Sequence record: NC_048668.1
DNA length: 64,000 bases
Reading direction: 5' to 3' (one strand)
Part shown: one piece after another, positions 1 to 10,111 of the stretch
How the letters are laid out: every line of letters begins with the position of its first letter
Position numbering within the stretch: the first letter of the stretch is position 1
The notes under the pieces: model-generated
The model's input: only the letters and a program-made list of their open reading frames with translations
Told to the model about the DNA's origin: nothing
Database searches by the model: none
Program-made: the position numbers and the translations under genes

Positions 1-351
1 AGTTTCACCACGACGAAGATTAATCTGGTCACCACGTTCACGCCAGTAATATTTATTCTGGTCAGCATAACGGATTAATTCAACAACCTCACCACGTTGT
101 ACATCGGGTGCAGTTGTCCAGCTACTATCGGTTCCTCGCCACTCTGCTTCAATGACAGTATCTGTAAATGTTTTTACGTGAACGGGATTACCCCTACTGT
201 CTTTACCTTCTATCTCCAGAGTCTGTGGATTAGAACGAATAGCACCTTGCATCCAGGGTGCGATCTCTACAGGCCACACCATGATGTTATTCGTTGTCAA
301 TGGTTTGTTCTCAGCAACGATACCGAAGAACTTAGATGCGATATCACTCAT
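1..351 (-). CDS. Virion structural/baseplate protein, probably phiKZ gp164-like; N-terminal part, runs off the window
   Basis: Open minus-strand frame from ATG at 351 (MSDIASKFFGIVAENKPLTTNNIMVWPVE...WTTAPDVQRGEVVELIRYADQNKYYW), absent from the ORF track because it is truncated. Divergent from the SbcC-like gene. Confidence 0.65.
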   Translation of the reverse strand, partial: MSDIASKFFGIVAENKPLTTNNIMVWPVEIAPWMQGAIRSNPQTLEIEGKDSRGNPVHVKTFTDTVIEAEWRGTDSSWTTAPDVQRGEVVELIRYADQNKYYWRERGDQINLRRGET

Positions 352-412
352 GGTTTATTTCTACGCTCGATTGAATTAGGTTGAAGACAATAGTTTAAAC
401 TGAGGAACTCTC

Positions 413-2894
413 GTGCTTAAATTGTTAGAAGTATCGATTAGTCATAACAAACGCTTTAAGTCTGGCTTGATCGATCAAATCGTCTACACCCCCGAATCAT
501 CTTACCAGGTGATCGTTGGGCCGAATGGGGCAGGTAAGTCAGCACTCCTGGAAGAATTGACATCATACCCTTCCCCTTCCGCTTCTTTCTACAAAAACGG
601 GGAATCGCGTAGAAAATTACAACTTGACGGAGTCAACTACGAATGCGTTTCAGACTTCCGTTCAGGGAGTAAGCATGAGTTCTGGAAAGAAGGCGTAAAC
701 CTTAATGAAGGCGGTACGCTAGTTGTTCAAAAGGATTTACTCGCCAAGCATTTGAACATCACTGAGCTGTCGCATCAGATAGCTACAGATAAGCTTGTCT
801 TATCGTCCATGTCGCCAGCGAAGCGCCAAGAAGTCTTTAGTCAACTTATTAACCAAGACTTGACTCTAGCGTATAGCCTGTTTAATAAGGCACGTACCAA
901 ACTCCGTGATGCCACCGGGGCAAAACGAATGTTGGAAGATTCACTGGTAAATAAGCAGACCATGAATCTCTCCGATGAAGAGTACGAAATGCTTCAGGTT
1001 CGTTTAGCTGAGTACCAAGGGAAGGTTACTGAGTTACTGACGGACTACAGCGAGCAGAATGGGACGTCGATGACAATTGACCAGATTATGGGTCAATGGA
1101 TGCGGTTTACTGAGGGCGATTTAAAGAACTGGGGGAAATACCTTCCAGATAGTCCCATAGACGCAGCAGATGAAGCTGTGTTCAATCAGAAGATGGAAAC
1201 GCTACGGTTATCGCTTAATCAGCTAAGAACGCAAGGAGCAGCGTTACAGGAAGAATATGACAACCTTGACGATACTGTTAAACGTTTAGGGGATAGCTCG
1301 GCGGAGAACGTTGAGAAACTCCAAGACGAAAGGGACTACCATCTCAAACGTATCGCTCGTTTAGAACACTCAGCCGACAACTACATGTTCCGTCCTGACA
1401 TCTATAGTCCTGAGATGAACTTTGGAGCAGCGAAGGAAGAACTCAAACGAGTCTTTACTCGTTGGTCTGATGCGCTCAGTTCCTTAACGCCCAACACGGA
1501 AGGTAAGTACACCAGAAACAATCTGGAAGAAATCCAACGTCGTATCCGTAACGGTAAAGAGTCGTATAACGCATTAGTCTTCCAGCGGCAACGTGCAGAA
1601 GAGCAGTTGGAACACTTCACTAAAGGCGAACAGATCCATTGCCCGCAGTGTAGTTACCAATGGACTCCTGGTACTAAGCCGGAAGATAAGCCTCGTTTAG
1701 TGGCTAAGATTAGTCAGTTGAACGAACAGATCGCTAAGGGTGACAAATACCTCTCAGAGCTCACTGCAACCGAGCAGGAGATCGTTGAGTGGAGTAACCT
1801 TTACCGTGAAGTTATCTCCTTGGAGAAAGGTTGTAGTGCAGCATCAGAGCTGTTTAATCAGATCCATCACGAGATTAACATTTCCGAGCAGCCCGTAATG
1901 GCTGTGGGCATGGCTCACAACCTGATTGAAGATTTGGAACGCTTTGTAGAAATCGAGAACTCCCGCAAGGTCATTCAGGAAACAGAAACTATCCTCCAGC
2001 GTCTGAGAGATAACAATGTTACCGGTGTTGATCAATTGAAGAAACGTATGGAACATCTTCGCGTACGTCTCTCCGATAATGCGGTAGAACAAGATAAACT
2101 CATTGTCGTTCTTAATGGAATGGAACAACAGGCGCGTCAAATTGCTCGCTTTAATGAGAAAGCTGGTGAACTGGAAGAGCGTTATGAACACCTGTGCACT
2201 GAAGGGCACCGGACAATCAATAACGTATTCAACCAAGTCCGTAAGATTCTCATTGCTGATCTACAAGGGCACATCGGTACGATCAGTAAACAGCTCAATG
2301 ATGTGAAGACTCTGCGTGACCAGATTGCCGACAACGAGAAACAGTTAGCTGAACAGCAACGACTCATTGTTGGATATTCTAAGATCGTTGAGGATCTTTC
2401 TCCGAAGTCAGGGATTATTGCTGAGCAGATGTCAGAGTTCATTGAAACCTTTGTTGGTCAGATGAATGAAGTCATCGCAGAGATCTGGACTTACCCGATG
2501 GAAATCATGATGGGTAAGCCAACGGACTCAGAATTGAGCTACGTGTTCCCTGTCTACCTTCCTGAGTCTGACTCTATAGTTTCCGGATGTGAAAGAGACG
2601 TCAGATGGTCAGATTGGCATTATTGATTTTGCTTTCAAAGTCACTGCCATGATGTACCTTAATCAAGTTAATGTACCTTTGCTACTTGACGAAGTTGACC
2701 GTCCTCTGCAACCTGCGCATAAAGCCAAACTGATTAACTTCATCAGTGGTTCAGTTGAAAACGAACGCTTCAGTCAAGTCTTCCTGATCTCTCACCACGA
2801 GGGTTCGCATGGAGCACTTCCATTCCCTGATATTATCGACTTCAACTACCGTGAACCTCGGGAAGAATCCAATAAGGTCATTAGCTTCCACTAG
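413..2894 (+). CDS. sbcC: SbcC/Rad50-like SMC ATPase (ORFs 413-2626 and 2589-2894 joined across a +1 frameshift at about 2580-2582)
   Basis: Walker A GPNGAGKS, long coiled coil, zinc hook CPQC, signature-like TSDGQ and Walker B LLLDE in the downstream frame. Removing one T from the TTT at 2580-2582 gives DSIVPDVKETSDGQ. Confidence 0.9.
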
Positions 2895-2907
2895 GGAGTA
2901 TGACTAG

Positions 2908-3069
2908 ATGGGTAAGATTAAACATCGCCTGCTACGCCTCGTGTTCTTCTTTGCTTTGGCGTACGTTACCGGACATGCAGTCAGTACTGATTTTAATAAC
3001 CCAGTGCTGATTGTATCGTTATTGATCTGTTGGTTGGGCGTATTCATCAACAACATTGTTAATGACTAA
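2908..3069 (+). CDS. Small membrane protein with two hydrophobic segments (53 aa)
   Basis: Read by hand: MGKIKHRLLRLVFFFALAYVTGHAVSTDFNNPVLIVSLLICWLGVFINNIVND, with AGGGAG Shine-Dalgarno (SD) upstream. Confidence 0.6.
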   Translation: MGKIKHRLLRLVFFFALAYVTGHAVSTDFNNPVLIVSLLICWLGVFINNIVND

Positions 3070-3102
3070 CATAGCGCAGAGAGGTTTTCCTCTCTGCCTA
3101 TT
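3070..3102 (+). terminator. Hairpin terminator-like element
   Basis: Stem GCAGAGAGG-tttt-CCTCTCTGC flanked by CATAG and CTATT. Confidence 0.6.
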
Positions 3103-3112
3103 CCCATTTATT

Positions 3113-3146
3113 TTCAAACATATATCACTACTATGCAAGTGGATAA
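3113..3146 (+). promoter_or_regulatory. Putative early (vRNAP) promoter, TATATCAC core
   Basis: TATATCAC at 3121-3128 resembles the phiKZ early consensus TATATTAC. The element is 30/34 identical to 42033-42066. Confidence 0.7.
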
Positions 3147-3171
3147 CTTAAAGAGTATAAACATTTAATTA

Positions 3172-3813
3172 TTGGAGAAAATTATGCGTTCTATTAAGCA
3201 GCTCGAACCTCTGTTAAGAACTTACGGCAAAGTCGATCGTGGTGGTGCAACCAGCGTTCAACATCAAACCTTCTTCGTCCGCCCGGCGCCGCTGAACAGC
3301 GAAATCGATATCAGCGAAAACCTCTCTGACTTCACTACCCATCAAATGGATGGCTGGCGTAACCTGGAGTCGTTCCAGGACATGATCGATGTCATCGCTA
3401 AGACTTATGGCGATAACGTCGCCAGCAAAGTCCCAGCCGTCCCTATGTCCAATCTGTCGGAAGTGTACGATCGCTTCCTGGCCGAATCCGGTCTGCGTAT
3501 GGTTCCGATCTTCGGTTTCTCCATGGAGATCCGTGATGCACAACCGTTCTCTCAAAACCTGTTCCACTTCATTGAAGGCATTCCGCCGGAAGTCTCCGAG
3601 AAACTGCTGAACGATGTTCGCGCCAAACTGGCCGAAGTTGACCTGCCGGGTGAAATGGTTAACCTGAACTTCATGGTTCAGGAAAGCTGCACGGTTATGG
3701 AACTGTACCGGATGATGACTTTCATCACCGTCCTGCTGAAAGAGTCGGCAAAAGAAACTCACTTCCTGCCAGGTCGTGCGGTGGGTACTTTCGCTTACAT
3801 CTCTGCGGAGTAA
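3172..3813 (+). CDS. Hypothetical protein, probably early and highly expressed
   Basis: 213-aa ORF downstream of the early-promoter motif, with strong CTG/AAC/TTC codon preference. Confidence 0.8.
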   Translation: MEKIMRSIKQLEPLLRTYGKVDRGGATSVQHQTFFVRPAPLNSEIDISENLSDFTTHQMDGWRNLESFQDMIDVIAKTYGDNVASKVPAVPMSNLSEVYDRFLAESGLRMVPIFGFSMEIRDAQPFSQNLFHFIEGIPPEVSEKLLNDVRAKLAEVDLPGEMVNLNFMVQESCTVMELYRMMTFITVLLKESAKETHFLPGRAVGTFAYISAE

Positions 3814-3819
3814 TTCCAG

Positions 3820-4515
3820 ATGGAAACCAAAGAGTTAACTTTAGTAGAAAAGATGCAGCGCCGGCGTGATCTGAAAAATCAGTTGCGTGGGCTACTGGAA
3901 AATCGTAACCCTGCCGATGTTTACACGGTAGTAAAGCGTCAATTCGTGCTCGATGAAAATGGGGAAACCAAGTTAGTCGAACGTGAGGTGCAGACTACCA
4001 AGGCAGAGGAAGATCTCCGTCTTGAGATTGATAACCTTAAGGCCGAGATTAACCATTACTCCGGCGACCACTGGATGAACCGCCATCGCGTCAATGAACT
4101 GATTGCCAAGGCGAAAGTTCAGTACGATGAGGTTATCTCGAAGGGGATAACTGATGGTCTGATCGAAGTTAAAAGCTACGGTCTGATGTTCCTCTCAAAC
4201 GGCGACGTTGCTTTCGGATCTACTCCTCGGTGGTCTACTGTGGAAATCGAAGAGCAGTTGAAAGAAGCAGCTGGTCTGTACCGCAGAGAAGCGGCCGTCC
4301 TGTACTCCATTTCCGGAGCAATGCACAGCGGTCAGAATAAAGGGTTCAGTACCCTGACCAAAGACCTCCGGGTCATCGGCGCAGCCACAGGGAAAGAGAA
4401 ATCTCGCATCTTCCCTATCCACGACGAAGCGCCGTTTATCCCAGGTAATCCAAAACCCCAGGGTAAAAACGATCTGCTTTCCAAATTAATCCGCCGTCGG
4501 GTTAACAACAAGTAA
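3820..4515 (+). CDS. Hypothetical protein
   Basis: 231-aa ORF with GGAG SD, co-oriented in the operon. Confidence 0.8.
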   Translation: METKELTLVEKMQRRRDLKNQLRGLLENRNPADVYTVVKRQFVLDENGETKLVEREVQTTKAEEDLRLEIDNLKAEINHYSGDHWMNRHRVNELIAKAKVQYDEVISKGITDGLIEVKSYGLMFLSNGDVAFGSTPRWSTVEIEEQLKEAAGLYRREAAVLYSISGAMHSGQNKGFSTLTKDLRVIGAATGKEKSRIFPIHDEAPFIPGNPKPQGKNDLLSKLIRRRVNNK

Positions 4516-4590
4516 CTTGTAGTAAATAACGTCATTATCCGTAGTATGTACAAACTGTAAATCACTCAATCTCAAATAGGAAATATCAAC

Positions 4591-4833
4591 ATGCAAATCG
4601 AACTGAACGAAGTACTGGCATCCAAAGTTGAAACTCTGGCAACTGCAACTGGCAAAGACGCACACGGCGTCGTAGAAGCTGCGATCGAAACTTTCGCCTG
4701 GACCACCACCGCAGAAGCCGCCGGCAAAACTGTTCTGGCTGCCAGTAAATCTGACGAAGGCACCTGGGTGGAAGAAGCGTTCCTGTCTGACGCTGACTTC
4801 CGTAAAGCTCCGGAAGCTGACGTAGCAGAATAA
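4591..4833 (+). CDS. Small acidic protein with a ribbon-helix-helix-like N-terminus
   Basis: 80 aa, AGGA SD, biased codon usage. MQIELNEVLASKVETLATATGKDAHGVVEAAIETF fits an RHH/CopG-like pattern. Confidence 0.6.
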   Translation: MQIELNEVLASKVETLATATGKDAHGVVEAAIETFAWTTTAEAAGKTVLAASKSDEGTWVEEAFLSDADFRKAPEADVAE

Positions 4834-4859
4834 ACCAAACAAATCGGCGCGATGCGCTA

Positions 4860-4920
4860 CGCTAGGATACCCTTCGGGGTATCCTAGTACCTACTTCTTT
4901 TTATCTTTTCTTTTTTTGTT
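4860..4920 (+). terminator. Rho-independent terminator
   Basis: CTAGGATACCC-TTCG-GGGTATCCTAG followed by long T tracts. Confidence 0.85.
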
Positions 4921-4933
4921 AGAGGATAGTAAC

Positions 4934-5587
4934 ATGACCGTTATCACCAAAGAAGAACTCCTGTCCGAGATGAAGACTCGCTTCTGTGAAGCTCTCGATT
5001 CTCTCTACGGTTTCCAACTCGTCATCGACGAAGAATACAACATCCTGGAGATGGCTACTCTCCAGCCATTAGTTAGCCCAACTACCCATAAAATTCTGGC
5101 GTTGATCAGCACCCGGATGATGGAAGAAGGTAAGTACGAAAACTTACCTAAAGACCCTGCTGATCTTTACAAACAACTGGACGCTAAGTTAGGCGAAGGC
5201 TGGCGTTCTATCCCAGTAACTAACTTCAAGTCTGATCCGAACGACGTATTCGACTGGGGTCAGATTGCCTCGATCTACATGGTAGGGAGTAACATCTCCT
5301 ATCAGATCAACAGCTTCTTTGCTATCATGGCCGCTCTGGCACTTAACTACGAAATCATCGTTACCTTCAACGACGAAGGTCAGCCGAGCATCCAATTCCC
5401 GGATACTTTCTCTGAGATCAAATCGGTAGTTGATGAGATTGTTGCCATGTACGCCGATAAGCTGGCGGAACGTCGTATCGAACTGGAAGCTGAGAACGAA
5501 GCTGTATTGAACAGAGTCCGCAGCGCCGTGACCATCGACCAAGATGCCGCCAACGCACCTGAGCTTGATCCAGCCAAACCAGAATAA
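4934..5587 (+). CDS. Hypothetical protein
   Basis: Long acidic ORF. ATG at 4934 follows a GAGGA SD; the track start is 4916. Confidence 0.8.
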   Translation: MTVITKEELLSEMKTRFCEALDSLYGFQLVIDEEYNILEMATLQPLVSPTTHKILALISTRMMEEGKYENLPKDPADLYKQLDAKLGEGWRSIPVTNFKSDPNDVFDWGQIASIYMVGSNISYQINSFFAIMAALALNYEIIVTFNDEGQPSIQFPDTFSEIKSVVDEIVAMYADKLAERRIELEAENEAVLNRVRSAVTIDQDAANAPELDPAKPE

Positions 5588-5591
5588 CAAA

Positions 5592-5626
5592 CATAGCCGG
5601 AGGACCTTACGGTCCTCCGGTTTATG
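5592..5626. terminator. Bidirectional hairpin between convergent genes
   Basis: CCGGAGGACC-ttac-GGTCCTCCGG flanked by CATAG and TTTATG. Confidence 0.75.
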
Positions 5627-5627
5627 A

Positions 5628-6236
5628 TCACTTCTTAGTCAACAGCTTTTGTAACTCTGCTACAGTTTGTCTCAGGGATGCATTGGCTTGTTGCTCTTGG
5701 AGTAACTGAGCGTAAGTCGATGTTCTGTTTTTGATAGCAGCTTGACGAGCCGCTTCCAGAGCATCAGCATCTTCTGGAGTAATAGCAGTAGTCGCAGGGA
5801 TTTGATCCAGGTTCATCGTAGGCGTTACACCAAACGTATCGCTGATAACATTACCTACTTGTTCCAGTAAGAAATCAAACGAGACGTTCAGAGGAATCGG
5901 ACCCAACTGAGCCGAGATAATCGCAATCCCATAGTTGGACATTGCAATCCCAGGATACTTCTCAATGTAGGTATCAGGAACCTGAATAACTGCACCGGCG
6001 TCACTCGAGAGTACGCACATTGTAGCATCGGCAGCTAAGTCTTCTTGGTACTTCTCCTGACTCAATCCCTTAGGTTGATAATGGACTTTGAAGATATCCA
6101 CACCATCGAGAGAGATCATTTCTCGGAACTTGCGAAGAGCGATACAAGTGTAGAGAAGAGTAGGGTCAGCAGCCCAAGGGGACTTCAGACTCCAGATACC
6201 ACGCATCGGTATCGAAGGCGTATTTTTCACTACCAT
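5628..6236 (-). CDS. Putative virion structural protein
   Basis: 202-aa ORF co-transcribed with 6240-7541 in the conserved block next to RNase H; C-terminal coiled coil. Confidence 0.6.
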   Translation of the reverse strand: MVVKNTPSIPMRGIWSLKSPWAADPTLLYTCIALRKFREMISLDGVDIFKVHYQPKGLSQEKYQEDLAADATMCVLSSDAGAVIQVPDTYIEKYPGIAMSNYGIAIISAQLGPIPLNVSFDFLLEQVGNVISDTFGVTPTMNLDQIPATTAITPEDADALEAARQAAIKNRTSTYAQLLQEQQANASLRQTVAELQKLLTKK

Positions 6237-6239
6237 TTA

Positions 6240-7541
6240 TTAGTCCTTAGAGAACCCGTTTTTAATTGGTGCCAAATACTGCACTGCGCCCACTGTTGTT
6301 GTGAGATAGTAGATGCCACCACGAACAGTACGGGTCATCCCAGTTGGAATGACACTGGTTGCTGTCGCTTTCTCTGCTGCTTTAAACAACGCGACCATGG
6401 CAATGATGAATTCGCGAGTAGCAGGAGGGATCTTACTGAACTCAGGGCTATCGGTAGAGATAGCGGCGTACTGAGGCCAGAGTGCGTCGAAGTTACTACC
6501 CACTGCGTAGTTGCGAATATGGCCGCAAGAGAGGAACGCGATGTTCTGGTAAGTTGAACCAGAGATACACGAGTTCTCCGCCACGTGTGCAGGATCGTAG
6601 CCAACGAAGTACTTAGCCGAATAAACCGGAATGTCCTTGACTGGTACAGTCGGGGAATACAACCCAGTTGATTCGATCTGGTTAGGTAAGGAATACCGAT
6701 CCCAGATAGGTACCAAGTAAAACTCAGTTGGAGTGAACAGGTCAGGTAGAACCTTTTCCCACTCGTCACGCCCGTATTTCGAGTTACTTAAAATGTACTC
6801 ACGCAGCGCATCTTTAATGTGGTCTAAGTTAGACCCGGCAAAGCCACGAATGATTGCAGTAAACGGGGCCAGGTAACGCACTTCATCGTTGGTGCGATCT
6901 ACCCAGGTAAAGTTACCCGTCCAAATTTCTGTTTGGGGTTGATCCCCTATTTTAGCCTGGATACGATCCGAGTGACTTTTAACCGTAATCGCCTTCAGAA
7001 TATCGAGTACGTCATTCCCGCTACCCATTAAAAGGTCGATATCATCGACTGGTGGGACGACGTCAATTTCGAAGTTCGGATATTCCGTACGGAAGTTGGC
7101 GTCAGCGTACCAAATATAGACCTCATTCTCTTCACCTGCGGTGGAGATGCGATATTGGATACTGCTTGGGAAATTATAGTTGCGGTGAGTAACAATTTCA
7201 CCTACACTACGGAATTCCGCAATGGTGGCGAACTGAGTATTCAACGCCTGAAGCAGACCGGTTGTATCTTTACCAATGAGGCCCTGAATACTACGGGTAT
7301 AAAGCCATTGGGATATTTGTAGGGTGATGCTGTAATACGCCAAGTTAAGGTCTACTTTCTGACCGTCCCGGCGTACATCGAAGGTCATCAGACTGACGTC
7401 AGGATAATCCTGAATTCGGTACAGACCTTTCTCGCTACTATACGTAGCGGAGTGAGCTGTAATCTCACCGACGGTGGACGTTTGTCCTGGGACGTTGTCG
7501 ATGAAGTTAGCAATATTGACGAAGCCGTACAGTGTCAACAT
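6240..7541 (-). CDS. Putative virion structural protein (phiKZ gp157-like by position)
   Basis: 433-aa ORF with GGA SD. Assignment rests on recalled synteny. Confidence 0.6.
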   Translation of the reverse strand: MLTLYGFVNIANFIDNVPGQTSTVGEITAHSATYSSEKGLYRIQDYPDVSLMTFDVRRDGQKVDLNLAYYSITLQISQWLYTRSIQGLIGKDTTGLLQALNTQFATIAEFRSVGEIVTHRNYNFPSSIQYRISTAGEENEVYIWYADANFRTEYPNFEIDVVPPVDDIDLLMGSGNDVLDILKAITVKSHSDRIQAKIGDQPQTEIWTGNFTWVDRTNDEVRYLAPFTAIIRGFAGSNLDHIKDALREYILSNSKYGRDEWEKVLPDLFTPTEFYLVPIWDRYSLPNQIESTGLYSPTVPVKDIPVYSAKYFVGYDPAHVAENSCISGSTYQNIAFLSCGHIRNYAVGSNFDALWPQYAAISTDSPEFSKIPPATREFIIAMVALFKAAEKATATSVIPTGMTRTVRGGIYYLTTTVGAVQYLAPIKNGFSKD

Positions 7542-7598
7542 ATCCAGTTTTCTCCAAAAATAAAATTATGATAATTTGCAACGCAGGAGGCTTCCGCC

Positions 7599-8030
7599 GT
7601 GAACCTTTTGATTTTGAGAATCATCCCGTACCTGTACTACTTCATTAGGGAGCAGTATAGAGCGGACGTGGAAGGGAGACCCCCAACCAAGAAGCAAAGG
7701 ACGAAGTACCGTACGATCATCTCCGTACTGACCATTTTCATCATCGTAGCTGGCGTATACCTTGGGTATAACAAGTTCGTTGATCGCAACATGGTTTGCG
7801 TAGATGAAAGGAAAGTCGAAACCTTACCATCTTCGATTGGTGTTGTTTCTCGCGAAACGTACGAAAAAGATGTGCGATTACTTATTCGGGAAAGTGTTGA
7901 GAAGGATTTCTTGAACGACAACCTTCGGGCCGAAGTCAAGAAGCTCTGCGACAAACATCCAACCGATTGTAACGAAAATACCCATCACATGATTGACCAG
8001 AGTAACAAAGTAAACCCGAACGGAAAGTAG
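7599..8030 (+). CDS. Membrane-anchored hypothetical protein
   Basis: AGGAGG SD, GTG start, hydrophobic helix IISVLTIFIIVAGVYLGY followed by a soluble segment. Confidence 0.7.
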   Translation: MNLLILRIIPYLYYFIREQYRADVEGRPPTKKQRTKYRTIISVLTIFIIVAGVYLGYNKFVDRNMVCVDERKVETLPSSIGVVSRETYEKDVRLLIRESVEKDFLNDNLRAEVKKLCDKHPTDCNENTHHMIDQSNKVNPNGK

Positions 8031-8086
8031 TAGTTAAAAAATACGATGGTTCCGGTTAGTTTGTAAATAATATCAGGAGCTATCGA

Positions 8087-9667
8087 ATGACTATCGACGA
8101 CATCCAAGAGGGCCTTTGGGCACCGGGTGAATTTAACGCGGTGTTATACACCGATGGTGGCTCTAACCAAGATACTTTGTTATCGGGTTGGTCTATCCAT
8201 GGTTACGTTTATCCGCTGGTAGAAGAGAAGAAGAACGAATTCACAAAGGCCAAAGGTGTCCCGAGTAACTACGGGTATGTCGATGGCCGTACAACAACTC
8301 CTTCTCGTAATTTGGGTACTGATCGCACTTACAAAGGTTCGAAAGGTACCCCTTTATTTCCGTACCCGGTAAACCCGGACGCGGCACCAGTAGTACCAAT
8401 GCATTACCTTGATTTCTACGGTGGGCAACATGCCACCACGAATAACTACGCAGAAATGACCGGATTAATGGTCGCCCTGCAATTCATCGAAAAGTTCCAA
8501 CCTAAGCAAGCCTTCATCTTACCTGACTCAGAGTACGCTCTGAAAGGTCTGCTGGTCTGGCGCCAGGGTTGGGAACGTAATGGTGGTAAGAACTCTAAAG
8601 GGATTATTACTCCTAACTGGGAATATTGGAAGCAGATCTACGAACTGTACGATCGTGTAGTAGCTGCCAATCATACCGAGTTGTTCTTCACTCACGTATA
8701 CGGTCACAGTGGCGATGCGGGTAACGAGAAAGCCGACTACAACGCTAACTGTGCGATGATCCTGCAGCGTGATGTTCCGGGCACTGCGAAGTTCCTGGTA
8801 AGTGATGCAAAAGGGTATATTCAGAAAACGAAAATAAGTAATCGTCTCTTAGAGCAACGTTGGTGGTATGCGACCAACGATCGTGCTTCCAACAAATATG
8901 ACTTCGATGAACGTCATTTTTACTTCTTCGGCAATCACGGGAAAGCTGAGGATGAGGAAGATCTGATCGGTAAATCGACCGCTACTGCTAAGGTATCGAT
9001 TCTGCTAATGAAAGAGCCAGAGCCGGTACTGGAGTTATTAGGGGAGTTTCTGAAGAATCAGTTCTACGATGGCAGCAACGTGATGACATTGGGGTACTTG
9101 GAAAATATCCTTCAACCTGAACGTTACGCTAACTTGTTAACTCACGGGCAAGCTGTGCTGTGGGATGATAAGTCTCGCGATTTGCTGTCGACTCCGGATA
9201 AAGTACCCGTCCTTAAAGAGTTACGTCCAACGTATCTCGGATATACGCTGCTCGACAAGTTCGATGGTCTAGTAGGCGTACTGGAGAAATATCTGAAAGG
9301 TAACTCATCTGTGGTCGTCACCGACATTACGGATAAGTGCCTGGTTACAACGCAGGAAGGTAACAAGAAGCCGGTAACTAAACCTACCGATGCTATCAAC
9401 CCTCCGCATAAAGCGTTTACGGTCGAGCTGAATTATCTCATGGGAGGTAAGGAAGGCAAGACTAAGGTTAAACTCAAGTTGGGTCAAGATATCCCGCTGC
9501 GTAACACCTTAAACGCAATTGGTACTTCGGAGACGAAAGTCTACGCAATTACCTGGCCAGTAGCACCGACCGCATTCCGTTATGGTACGATCGTAGAAGA
9601 GAACGGAGAGCTGTTATTCAGTTGCTCTTTAAGTTCCAATCTCTACGAGCTTACAGGCAAACTATGA
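8087..9667 (+). CDS. RNase H with a long C-terminal extension
   Basis: DEDD-type motifs YTDGGS, NNYAEM, PDSEYAL and HVYGHSGDAGNEKADYNA. Confidence 0.9.
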   Translation: MTIDDIQEGLWAPGEFNAVLYTDGGSNQDTLLSGWSIHGYVYPLVEEKKNEFTKAKGVPSNYGYVDGRTTTPSRNLGTDRTYKGSKGTPLFPYPVNPDAAPVVPMHYLDFYGGQHATTNNYAEMTGLMVALQFIEKFQPKQAFILPDSEYALKGLLVWRQGWERNGGKNSKGIITPNWEYWKQIYELYDRVVAANHTELFFTHVYGHSGDAGNEKADYNANCAMILQRDVPGTAKFLVSDAKGYIQKTKISNRLLEQRWWYATNDRASNKYDFDERHFYFFGNHGKAEDEEDLIGKSTATAKVSILLMKEPEPVLELLGEFLKNQFYDGSNVMTLGYLENILQPERYANLLTHGQAVLWDDKSRDLLSTPDKVPVLKELRPTYLGYTLLDKFDGLVGVLEKYLKGNSSVVVTDITDKCLVTTQEGNKKPVTKPTDAINPPHKAFTVELNYLMGGKEGKTKVKLKLGQDIPLRNTLNAIGTSETKVYAITWPVAPTAFRYGTIVEENGELLFSCSLSSNLYELTGKL

Positions 9668-10044
9668 TCAAACTGTTGTTTTGTTTAATAGGTCGAAAGT
9701 ATCTGAATGATAAGGGCCGGCGTATGCTGGTCCTCGGATCACTCTACGCAATTCTTCGTAAGAAGAAAAGTGTAACGACCTCCATGGAAGAACTGAACGA
9801 GAAAATGAATATCGCGATCGATTGCCGCGGTCTTCAGTTAGCTGCGATCCTTCCCGAAATCCTTTGGGACAAAAGAAAACGCGAACGTTTGGAATCACTT
9901 CCCCCTGAAAGGCTGGTACGCTATTATTCACAGCTGCTGCCTACGTGGTTGAAATACGATCACCAAGGGAACAACTTTAATTTCGAGAATGATCTTCAAC
10001 GGGTCACTGATCTCGCCTCAGCGAATCGTCATTTTGTTAGTTGA
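9664..10044 (+). CDS. Hypothetical protein
   Basis: ATG overlaps the RNase H stop (ATGA), giving MIKLLFCLIG... Confidence 0.7.
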   Translation: MIKLLFCLIGRKYLNDKGRRMLVLGSLYAILRKKKSVTTSMEELNEKMNIAIDCRGLQLAAILPEILWDKRKRERLESLPPERLVRYYSQLLPTWLKYDHQGNNFNFENDLQRVTDLASANRHFVS

Positions 10045-10054
10045 TATCGAAAAT

Positions 10055-10110
10055 AGAAAAAGGTAACCCAGAGAGCCGTAAAGCTCTCTGGGCCCTTATT
10101 TGTTTTATTG
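10055..10110. terminator. Bidirectional terminator
   Basis: CCCAGAGAGC-cgtaaa-GCTCTCTGGG with A and T tracts on either side, between convergent genes. Confidence 0.8.
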
Positions 10111-10111
10111 C

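Noticed and set aside
97-384. Plus-strand 95-aa ORF in the track
   Set aside because: It is the shadow of a more plausible minus-strand gene (1-351) with a protein-like composition.
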